62,792 bases of DNA from Octopus sinensis (lineage: Eukaryota), in assembly GCF_006345805.1 (NCBI RefSeq), contig NW_021832261.1, positions 1 through 62,792 on the forward strand, written 5' to 3'. A program made the position numbers and the translations under genes. Below the pieces are notes generated by a model. It worked only from the letters and a program-made list of their open reading frames with translations, ran no database searches and was not told the DNA's origin. Positions 11,478-23,040 of this stretch are shown one piece after another. The first letter of the stretch is position 1; every line of letters begins with the position of its first letter.

Positions 11478-11689
11478 CTTTCACTCTTCTACTGGTTTCA
11501 GTCATTTGACTGCGGCCATGCTGGAGCACCGCCTTTAGTCGAGGAAATTCACCCCAGGACTTATTCTTTTTAAGACTACTACTTATTCTATCGGTCTCTT
11601 TTGCCAAACCACTAAGTTACGGGGACGTAATCATACCAGCATCGGTTGTCAAGCGATGTTAGGGAGACAAACACAGACACACAAACACA

Positions 11690-11720
<31 letters not shown>

Positions 11721-12270
11721 ACACATATATATATATATATATATATCTCTATATAAACGGCAGTTTGTCTGTGTGTGTTTCTGTGTGTCTGTTAGGTTGT
11801 ACCCTCACCCTGACCACGGCTTTCAACCGATTCTGATGAAACTTGACACACACTAGCCCATGTCATAATTCAAAACTAACGCAGCGAAATTTTGAAAAGT
11901 TCCCCCAGTTCTGAAAAATATCGATAAATTCGACATGGGGTCGAGAATCAGAAACACAAACCACAGACTGTCTAGGGGACGCAACTCGACCTTTTTAACT
12001 AAAGAAAAATTTACCATAATTTTTTTTCCATTTTTTGGCTATAACTCTCTAAAAATGCTTTATAGTTATTTCCCTTACAAACCCGAGCAACGCCGGGCGA
12101 TACTGCTAGTATATATATATATGAGACGGCTTCTTTCAGTTTCCGTCTACCAAATCCACTCATAAGGCTTTGGTCGGCCCGAGTCTATAGTAGAAGACAT
12201 TTGCCCAAGTTGCCATTGGAACCATGTGGATGGTAAGCAAGCTACTACCAGACAGCCACTCCTGCGCCTT
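11478..12270 (-). mobile_element. Family B CORE-type SINE interrupted by a Helitron
   Basis: 3' half at 11478-11745 and 5' half at 12123-12270. Confidence 0.85.
11746..12109 (+). mobile_element. Non-autonomous Helitron
   Basis: A|TC start, subterminal hairpin cccgagcaacgccggg, CTAG|T end, no TSD. Confidence 0.85.
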
Positions 12271-12975
12271 TAAAAACGAAGGAAATGTTTGTTATCATAC
12301 TGTCCATATTAAAGTTAGGTCAATATGGGTTATTTATGTCTTGACACATCTTCTCAATGAGATACACACATGTGCGCGCGTACATACACATGTGTGTATG
12401 TATGTATATATGTATGAATGTATGAATGTATGCATGTACGTATGTATGTATGTATAAGACTATAGTGTAAGGACTACGGGTACGATACAGTTACGACCAC
12501 GTCACCACAAGTGTGTGTCCCAAATATTGTACCACTGCCTCACCCCGCCCCCACCTTTCTCTGCAATGAATTCTTCTATCAGAGATCTATGATGGGAGTC
12601 TCAATTGTGTCCATCATCTTCTAGCATTACGCATCTCTTTCATTCTTAAGTTACAGTTTCCTAAGAGAAATAAACTCATTATTATTTAGCTAGTCATCAT
12701 TTGCAAACGGATGAAGGCTTGCTGAAAATTCTATTTCCTTCTAAGTTTTCTTCGTAATATAATTACAGAAAGAGGCATGTTCAATTTTCTGCGCCTATTT
12801 TTAGTAACTTCATTTTTTAATCAATATAATTTCAATATTCTTTCAAATTTCATAGGTAACCTGCCCAAAGCTTTATTCACTAGAATTCGTTAATATACAA
12901 ACACGTTGACAGTTCATGAATGACACATTGACTGACAAAGTCACAAATATTTTTAACTACGGCTGATGTTGGTTT

Positions 12976-13310
12976 CAGGAAGCTCGTGGCTTACTGGTTA
13001 GTGTGTTCGATAACAGATTTTCGTTAACAAAGTCGTGTGTTCGATTCCCGGCGGCGCGTTGTGTTCTTGAGTAAAATATTTTATGTTACTTTGCTCAAGT
13101 TCACTCAGCTGGCAAGAATGAATTGTACCCGTATTTCAAAGGGCCAGCCTTGCCACATTCTCTGTCACGCTGAATCCCCATTAAGACTACGGTAAGGGTA
13201 CGCATGTCTATGGTGTGCTCAACTCCTTGCACATTAATTTCATGATCAGACTGTTCCGTTGTTCGAATCAGCTGGAACGCTCGTCGTCGTAAGCGACGGA
13301 GTGCCATTCA
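12976..13310 (+). mobile_element. tRNA-derived SINE (family C)
   Basis: A box gtggcttactgg, B box gttcgattcc, CORE-like tgttcttgagtaaaatatt; a degenerate relative lies at ~46555-46740. Confidence 0.65.
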
Positions 13311-13539
13311 ATGCCTTGATGTCAAAAGACAAAAGCATCGAAATAGGTGGTTTTGTTAGAACACTTCACTTCCAGGGTAGGCCGTATCGAGTTTGGAAGT
13401 GAGAATAAGAGAAAGGAAATATGCTGAACTAATGGAGCCATGCCAAGGCAATTCCTGAGTAGCAAGGTATGATCTCATCATGGTGGGATATAGAGGGTTT
13501 GCTGGCCAGTTCCTCTGCAGGGTTAATAACCTCCTTTAA

Positions 13540-13760
13540 AAGGCAGCGAGCTGGCAGAAACGTTAGCACGCCGGGCGAAATGCTTAGCGGTATTTCGTTT
13601 GTCTTTACGTTCTAAGTTCAAATTCCACCGAGGTCGACTTTGCCTTTCATCGTTTCGGTGTCAATAAATTAAGTACCAGTTGCGTACTGGGGGTCAATCT
13701 AGTTTACTAGTCCTCTTTCCTAAAATTGCTGGTCTTGTTCCTAGAGTAGAAAAGAATAAC
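13540..13760 (+). mobile_element. Family A SINE
   Basis: Complete head, central domain and tail. Confidence 0.85.
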
Positions 13761-14288
13761 TTGCTTATCGTGAAAGGGTCCAGCAGGCGAAAGGGCCTTT
13801 ACGTTGGATTTGGAGGCAGCGGAGGTTGCTTCGAGGTGGCTGTGAACCAGTTGATGTGAATCCTAGAAGTGCATGTGCTACTACGGGATAGTGGATTACT
13901 GAACACAACATGAGTCTTGATCAGCCGGGGTCTGGTAACCAGAGTGAGAGTGAAAGATACCAAACACCTAATAACTTCAGAAAGTATCACCGATGATGTG
14001 TCCAGCTGCATCATATGATGATGTAAGGGAATACTAGCATCGTATTGAGGAAAGGAGAGCTCTCCTTCGAATTGGAAAGAAAATATTTATTACATTCATA
14101 ACAAAGAATGACATAAAATGCAAGAAAACCACCTGAGAAATCTTTAGGTAGATCTGACTGGCCATCAAGATTTTTATCAATGTTTACAAATATTTTTCAA
14201 ATATTTTTTTCATACTTCTATGTACAAACCATTAAGAAATTTATAAGTACTTCAAATATCTTGCCTACACTTAGATATATTTCCACTA

Positions 14289-14359
<71 letters not shown>

Positions 14360-14368
<9 letters not shown>

Positions 14369-16055
14369 ATAATAAATATTAGGGAATAAATCCAAATTTA
14401 CAGGGAAAAAATCAGATTTAGGATTAAATCCAATTTTATAGTAAAATATTATAAAATATTATTAGAGACAAAACCACTATTTTGCAAAACAAACAAGGAA
14501 AGACTTAATCAATACATAAAATTTTAATAAATAGTCAAAAAAACCGCCACTACAATTGTTTCTTGTCTTGATCGACAATCTTCAGGTGGATTTCCAATCT
14601 AAAATATCGATATTTTAAAATATAAAAATAATAATTTTAAAATAATTAAAGTATGAATGAAAAAATATAAATATATAATCCATATATAACCTATATATAA
14701 TCCATATATAATCAATATATAAACAATATATAAACTAAAATAAACCTATCAACAATTAAATATAAAATATAAAATATAAAATATAAAATATAAAACAAAA
14801 CAAAAAAATAATAATAATATTATAATAAACTATATATACACCCATACACATATACCTAATTATATATAACCATATCTAACTACATACACTAAATGACACC
14901 CCTATATATATATCCCTATACATACACATAAAAACGTCTAGGCAACTATAAATAAATAAAATAGCTAAATACTTCAACACAATACTTATTCATACTCCCA
15001 CACACACACACATACAACCCACATTCACGCTCTAGAAAACGGACATCACTTAAAATTATGAACGGAGAAATAGAATAAATGGAATTAAAAATTATATTCA
15101 CTTGGTAAAACGAACACTACTTAAAAATTATGAATGAAACAATGCAATAAAACAACAGACATCGCAAATAGACACAAATTACTACGAATTCCTTCAATGT
15201 ATTATTATTACTAAACCATAATTTTAAATAATTAAGTTTATTTAACTTATCAATATATTTATCTAAAATAAATTTACTTAATTTACCTAGGTCCGATTTA
15301 CATGGGCAAATTAATCTAACTTTAGGGTCCGAATAAAAATTATCTTTATGGTCTTTAAGAGTAATTCTGGGGTGCAAAGATACATAAGGTTCAGTTTTAT
15401 TATCCAACTCATATTTTAACATTACTACTTTAGAGGCCTTATTAATATTATAAAGAATATCATCTGGAACAATTTTATATTTTTTAATTATTTCTTTTCC
15501 TAATAGTTTATCATATAATTTAACATCTAATATATATAGGTTCCTTGTTTTATCAGATTGTACTATAATACCATCCATATTTCTCATATCTTTAATTTTA
15601 ATTGCTAAATTCCTTAAATATTCATTATTTCTATTTGGGTATTTATGGAATTCAATATTTTTTACCAACTTCCATATACTATCTTCAAGAACCCACATTC
15701 ACGCTCTAGAAAACGGACATCACTTAAAATTATGAACGGAGAATTAGAATAAATGGAATTAAAAATTATATTCACTTGGTAAAACGAACACTACTTAAAG
15801 ATTATGAATGAAACAATGCAATAAAACAACAGACATCGCAAATAGACACAAATTACTACGAATTCCTTAACAAACCTACCATGATAAACCAAAATTCATA
15901 AAAACATATAATGATAAAATCTCCCTTTACTAAACTCTATAACATACCTATATAGCAATCCCCCTAACCTAAACATTCACACACAAATACACACACGTAA
16001 ACCACACACCCACGACATATACAAATACCCACACCACTTACACATACAAATATAT
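14360..16055 (-). repeat. Inverted arm (reverse complement of ~19490-20485) carrying an inserted ORF segment
   Basis: Near-identical reverse complement; 15193-15689 matches ORF 20784-21275 and is flanked by a ~170 bp duplication. Confidence 0.9.
14547..14589 (-). ncRNA. Minimal type I hammerhead ribozyme (inverted-arm copy)
   Basis: ccac-ctgaaga-ttgtc-gatcaa-gacaa-gaaa-caattg-ta-gtgg on the minus strand. Confidence 0.85.
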
Positions 16056-19000
16056 TTATAATAATGATAATAATAATAAGGTTATTAAGAATAAAATATG
16101 GTTAATAGTTCCTTATGGAGATCAAGTAAAAACGAATATTATTAAAGAGATTTTAGATGTTATAGAACTATTTATTAGAGATAATCGTAAATATAGAAAC
16201 ATTTTCTCTTTTAATAATTTTGGAGTTGGTTATTCTACCACTAATCATGTGTGGTAACATTATTTCTTCATTTAATAAATATAAACTGAATAATTTTTAT
16301 AAAAAGAAATTATTTGATAATAATATTAATAATGATAAGACTTATATTAATTGTACATGTAGAGATAAATCTAATTTTATATTAAATAATAATTGCGATA
16401 TTAATGTAGTGTATAAATGTATAGTTACATTACATGATAATAACTTTAAGAATAATAATTACCCAAAGCGGTTTATATAGGTTCTACTTCCTCAAAAATA
16501 AAACTAAGAATCGCACACAACATATGAATCTTTTAAAAATAAAACCTAATCAACTCAACCGGACTTAGTAAGTACATTTGGAGTCTTAAATCACTAAATA
16601 TTAATATAGTTTAATTTGGGAAATAATTTGTAAAACTAAATCATATACTATAGGAGCTAATTGTTGTTATTTATGCTCTAATGAGTTTAAAGAAATTTTA
16701 TTTTATAAGTATGATAATTTACTTAATAGTGGTGAAGAGCGCAAAATAAAATGCAGACATAAGTTACTTTACCTATATAATAAGTTTCATGATAAATAGC
16801 AATAATAGTTCCCTATTAGGTTACTTTAGTTTAGTTTAAATAGTTTAGATAATATATTTTTTGGGTATGTAGTCTAGGCTTTATATTACTTTATTGATAT
16901 TTCTTTTTTTTAATTAGTTCATTTTTAATGTATATTATATAACAGTTTATGGTATGTTAAAACTTTAATAATTTATATTAGATTTTTTTATTTTCTTTAT
17001 TTTATATTTTTTTTTTTAATTTTATTTTATTATGTATTTTTATTATGCATTTGTTATATGTATTTTGGAGGATATATTTATATGTTGATGGGTGTTATTT
17101 AGTGGTGTTTTTATTGAGTTTTGTATGTATGTGTGAATGTTACGATCCCTTGTTTTTTGTTTTTTATTTGGTATGTTGAATTGACAGATTTTATTTGGGT
17201 ATTGTCAGTTATAATAAAGTATACACACCATAACAAATATAAGTGCCCACTTCATTCGCGCGTACATGGAATTGCATGTGAGCCTCAACATGAACACCAA
17301 ACGGCCACTCCCGCCTTATACGGACAAATAAACACATACATCCCCAAAAATGGGCGTAATCCCACTCACACCAATCATATGTATACAATTATACACACTA
17401 GAATAATACAATTAACCCAAATATACAGAACATATTAAAAATTACCAACAAACCACCATCACAATGAAACCTACACCCATACAATGACAAAACTCCCCCC
17501 TCTATACCCAATTTACACCCACATAACAATCCCAATATATTCATCCATACATGACGCACGTGCGTGAAGCACATGCACACAATAAATACGTACAACCCCC
17601 CAATACACACTCATATACATACGTATCAAGCTCGACATCCACAGCAATACGCTTACACCCATTCACACCCAGATGGGTGAATTGCACAACCAGGGAACGC
17701 ACACACACACGTGTGCGTATTTTCATTGTGCAACTCGCCCATATGCATGTATGCGGGCGCGATTACATTGTTGCACATATCAACTAGCATGCATATGTAC
17801 ATGTGAGGGGGTACACGTACATGCCGTGCGCGTGTACCCCCTGCGTTTATACCCGTGCGTGAATATACACATGGAGACTACCACACAGGTACAAATGTGT
17901 ATAGTAATGGGAGCCCCATCACTACACTCAATGTATACTCTCACCCATCCGCACGGATTGAAAGCGAATCTCCGGTGTATATGTTGAGGCTTATATGTAG
18001 CGCTGTGGAGTTGAACGTCGTTGAAATTGTGAATGAATGGGTGGAGTTGGGAATTGTAACCGGGTGGTGGGCTAGCGTTGCTTGGAATTGGGAATGGAAT
18101 AGTGTAGTAGTAAGGCAGGTATCGAGAATAGATTTGGGTTACTGCAAGTTGTTTGTTAGAGCTGCTAAGATGAGCTAAAGCTCATAATTGTATATAATAA
18201 TTTATTATAGTAGTTTTATTAAAGAATCCATTCATAATAAATTTTTTTTAAGTAGTGTTGGTTTGCCACGTGGATATAGTTTTTAGTTCCATTTATTCTA
18301 TTTCTCCATTCATAATTTTAAATGACGTTTACTTTCCATGGCGCGTATTTTTTTTTACATAAGTTATATTTCTATGGTAACGTAATTTTGGTTTGTTTTT
18401 TTTAACGGCTAAGAATTTAATTTCACTTCATAATTTGAAACTGACTTGTAAGTATGTATTTTATTTCTCCTTATGTCATATTGTTATTTTTGATATTCTG
18501 GTTAATTACGATGTATTTAATGTTGTTTTTTATTGGAGTGTTTATGTATATGAGATTGGGTGTGAGTTTTTAGTTGTATAATTTATTTATCTGTATGAGT
18601 GTGGGTGTGTAAATATTGTTGTATATATCGAGTTTAGTGAGTATGTATATGCGTATATGTGAGGGAGTATATGTATCTGTTGTGTGTGTGTGTTTTGCGT
18701 GTGTGTGTGTTTGTGTGTGAATGTGTATATGGGTTTGTTATTTAGGTTTTGGGATGTATGTGTTAATTTGTCTGTGTGGGGAGAGAGTGGGTTTTTGGTG
18801 TATATTGAGGTTTATAAGTTAGTATAGGTATGTGTATAAGTCGTGGGTCTGTGGTTTACGTGTGTGTTTTTTGTGTGTGAATGTTTAGGTTAGGGGGATT
18901 GCTATATAGGTTTGTTATAGAGTTTAGCAAAGGGAGATTTTATGTTTTTAAGAGTTTTGGTTTATTATGGGTTTTTTTAGGGAATTCGTGGTAATTTGTC

Positions 19001-20400
19001 TATTTTCGTTGTTGGTTGTTTTATTACATTGTTTCATTCATAATTTTTGAGTGGTGTTCGTTTTGCCACGTGAATATTATATTATTCCATTTATTCCATT
19101 TCTCCATTCATTATTATAAAAGATGTTCGTTTCCAGAGCGGTTATACTTTTTATACATATGTTAAGTTCCTTGGTAAAGTAATTTTGTTTGGTGTATATG
19201 TTGAGGCTTATATGTACTTGTGGGTGTGTGTGAGTGAGGTGGGTGTTTGTATTTGTTATGGGTGTGTGGTTTACGTGTGTGTATTTGTGTGTGAATGTAT
19301 AGGTTAAAGGGATTGCTATATAAGTATGTTATAGTGTTTAGTAAAGGGAGGTTTTATCATTTATGTTTTGTGAGTTTTAGCTATCATGGTAGTTTTATAA
19401 AAGAATCCATTCATAATTTTTTGTTTTTTTTGTCTGTGTGGGGTTGAGTGGGTTTTTGGAGTATATGTTGAGTTTATATGTATGTATAGGTATGTGTAAG
19501 TGGTGTGGGTATTTGTATATGTCGTGGTTGTGTGGTTTACGTGTGTGTATTTGTGTGTGAATGTTTAGGTTAGGGGGATTGCTATATAGGTATGTTATAG
19601 AGTTTAGTAAAGGGAGATTTTATCATTATATGTTTTATGAGTTTTGGTTTATCATGGTAGGTTTGTTAAGGAATTCGTAGTAATTTGTGTCTATTTGCGA
19701 TGTCTGTTGTTTTATTGCATTGTTTCATTCATAATTTTTAAGTAGTGTTCGTTTTACCAAGTGAATATAATTTTTAATTCCATTTATTCTTTCTCCGTTC
19801 ATAATTTTAAGTGATGTCCGTTTTCTAGAGCGTGAATGTGGGTGTATGTGTGTGTGTGCGGGAGTATGAATAAGTATTGTGTTGAAGTATTTAGCTATTT
19901 TATTTATTCATAGTTGCCTAGACGTTTTTATGTGTATGTATAGGGATATATATATAGGGGTGTCATTTAGTGTATGTAGTTAGATATGGTTATATATAAT
20001 TAGGTATATGTGTATGGGTGTATATATAGTTTATTATTATATTATTATTATTTTTTGTTTTGTTTTATATTTTATATTTTATATTTTATATTTTATATTT
20101 AATTGTTGATAGGTTTATTTTAGTTTATATATTGTTTATATATTGATTATATATGGATTATATATAGGTTATATATGGATTATATATTTATATTTTTTCA
20201 TTCATACTTAATTATTTTAAAATTATTATTTTTATATTTTAAAATATTGATATTTTAGATTGGAAGTCCACCTGAAGATTGTCGATCAAGACAAGAAACA
20301 ATTGTAGTGGCGGTTTTTGACTATTTATTAAAATTTTATGTATTGATTAAGTCTTCCTTGTTGTTTTGCAAAATAGTGGTTTTGTCTCTAATAATTTTTA
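16048..20400 (+). repeat. ~4.35 kb direct repeat of 22286-26658 (giant pseudo-LTR)
   Basis: Colinear near-identity from the linker/EN-coding region through the 3' UTR and HHR. Confidence 0.92.
20268..20310 (+). ncRNA. Minimal type I hammerhead ribozyme upstream of the PLE ORF
   Basis: Stem I ccac/gtgg, CUGAAGA, stem II ttgtc/gacaa, GAAA, palindromic acaattgt, GUA site at 20304-20306. Confidence 0.87.
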
Positions 20401-20537
20401 TAATATTTTACTATAAAATTGGATTTAATCCTAAATCTGATTTTTTCCCTGTAAATTTGGATTTATTCCCTAATATTTATTATTTATATAATATTGATAT
20501 TTTGTATATTGAGTGTAATACCTCAATTTCGTAAATT

Positions 20538-23040
20538 ATGGATTTTACAGGTAAGATAGAACCGCTGTTTTGGGATTCATCTTTGAAAGATATTCCTATT
20601 CCTTCTAGAAAGGAATTTATCTTGAAACTTGTTAATAATGTTAAAGATTTTATTTCTAGAATTAAATGGAAAGCTTTTTACTATAATTTTTATTTATTTA
20701 ATGATATTGATAGTAGGAATGATAATTTTACCTCTAAATTTAAATCTAGAAAGGAACCTCCATTTAATAAAGAATTACAATTACTTGAAGATAGTATATG
20801 GAAGTTGGTAAAAAATATTGAATTCCATAAATACCCAAATAGAAATAATGAATATTTAAGGAATTTAGCAATTAAATTAAAGATATGAGAAATATGGATG
20901 GTATTATAGTACAATCTGATAAAACAAGGAACCTATATAAATTAGATGTTAAATTATATGATAAACTATTAGGAAAAGAAATAATTAAAAAATAAAAATT
21001 GTTCAGATGATATTCTTTATAATATTAATAAGGCCTCTAAAGTAGTAATGTTAAAATATGAGTTGGATAATAAAACTGAACCTTATGTACCTTTGCACCC
21101 CAGAATTACTCTTAAAGACCATAAAGATAATTTTTATTCAGACCCTAAAGTTAGATTAATTTGCCCATGTAAATCGGACCTAGGTAAATTAAGTAAATTT
21201 ATTTTAGATAAATATATTGATAAGTTAATAAACTTAATTATTTAAATTATGGTTTAGTAATAATAATACATTGAAATGGTTTAATAATATTAAAGATAAA
21301 ATCGTTATAAATTATTCAAATAGATATAGATAATATTATTCTTCTATTAATGAAATTGTGTTTAATAAAGCGCTTATTTTCGCAATGAATAAAGTGTGTA
21401 TGTCACGGGAAGAAGTTAATGTAATTAAAATGGCTAGGAATCGCTAATTAAATATAAAAATAAATTATGGGCTAGGAATGATACTAGAGATTGTTTTGAT
21501 ATACCTATGGGAGCACCAGATTCTGCAAAGGCTACTGATTTAGTAGGTATTTTTCTTTTATCTGAACTCCAATTAGAAAATCTTAAGATAGAGGGTGGTT
21601 TATAGAGACGATCTTCTACTAGTTACAAAGAATTGTACTAATAGGAATCTAGAAGTATATAAGAAAAAACTATATAGTTTCTTTAAAAGATATGGTTTAA
21701 GTATTACTAAATATAGGAGAATTATAATGTTAATTATTTAGATGTTAATTTTAATCTTATTACAGGTAAAACACAACCATATCATAAACTTAATGAGAAC
21801 CTTAGATATATAAATGTTAATAGTAATCACCCATTTTCTATTAAAAAATCGTTGATTAATAATATAAGTAAACGTATTTCATTACTCTCTTATGAAATAG
21901 AGATTTTTAATAAACATGCTAATTATTATAATGAAGCCCTTAGAGGGGCAGGTTATAATAGGAATATTAAATTTTATAATATTAGTGATAAAGATTTAAT
22001 TGATAATTTTCGAGATACTTCTAATAATAATTATAATTTTGTTAGGTTTAGTGGTAAAAATAATAGATATTATAAAACAAATAATAAAAGTGATAAAAAT
22101 ATAAATAAGAATAATAATAATAATAATAATATAATAATAATAATAATAAATATGAATAATAAAAATAAAAATAAATTTAATAATTATTATAATAATTATA
22201 TTGATAAAATTATAAATTATAATAATCCTTAAATGCTGTACATAGATATAATTTTGATAATAATTTCAATAAAATAAAGAATTATAAATATATTTATAAT
22301 AATGATAATAATAATAAGGTTATTAAGAATAAAATATGGTTAATAGTTCCTTATGGAGATCAAGTAAAAACGAATATTATTAAAGAGATTTTAGATGTTA
22401 TAGAACTATTTATTAGAGATAATCGTAAATATAGAAACATTTCTCTTTTAATAATTTTCGAGTTGGTTATTCTACCACTAATGATGTTGGTGGAAACATT
22501 ATTTCTTCATTTAATAAATATAAACTGAAATTTTTATAAAAAGAAATTATTTGATAATATATTAATAATGATAAGACTTATATTAATTGTACATGTAGAG
22601 ATAAATCTAATTGTATATTAAATAATAATTGTGATATTAACGATGTAGTGTATAAATGTATAGTTACATTACATGATAATAACTTTAAGAATAATAATTA
22701 CCCAAAAGCGGTTTATATAGGTTCTACTTCCTCAAAAATAAAACTAAGAATCGCACAACATATGAATTCTTTTAAAAATAAAAACCTAATCAACTCAACC
22801 GGACTTAGTAAGTACATTTGGAGTCTTAAATCACTAAATATTAATTATAGTTTAATTTGGGAAATAATTTGTAAAACTAAATCATATACTATAGGAGCTA
22901 ATTGTTGTTATTTATGCTCTAATGAGTTTAAAGAAATTTTATTTTATAAGTATGATAATTTACTTAATAGTGGTGAAGAGCGCAAAATAAAATGCAGACA
23001 TAAGTTACTTTACCTATATAATAAGTTTCATGATAAATAG
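20538..23040 (+). pseudogene. PLE polyprotein (N-terminal domain, RT, Asn-rich insert, Cys linker, GIY-YIG), ~830 codons, frameshifted as assembled
   Basis: SLKDIPIPS, SDKTRNLY, ITLKDHK, RLICPCKSDLG, DI..YYSSI, FDIPMGAPD, YRDD, NYLDV, SNHP, CTCRDKSNCILNNNC, VYKC..VYIG, STGLSKYIW, CYLC, CRH. Confidence 0.9.

Noticed and set aside
20541-20556. ttttacag|gtaaga splice-like site just after the PLE ATG
   Set aside because: PLEs can carry introns, but the frame runs straight into the conserved SLKDIPIP motif, so no intron is needed.
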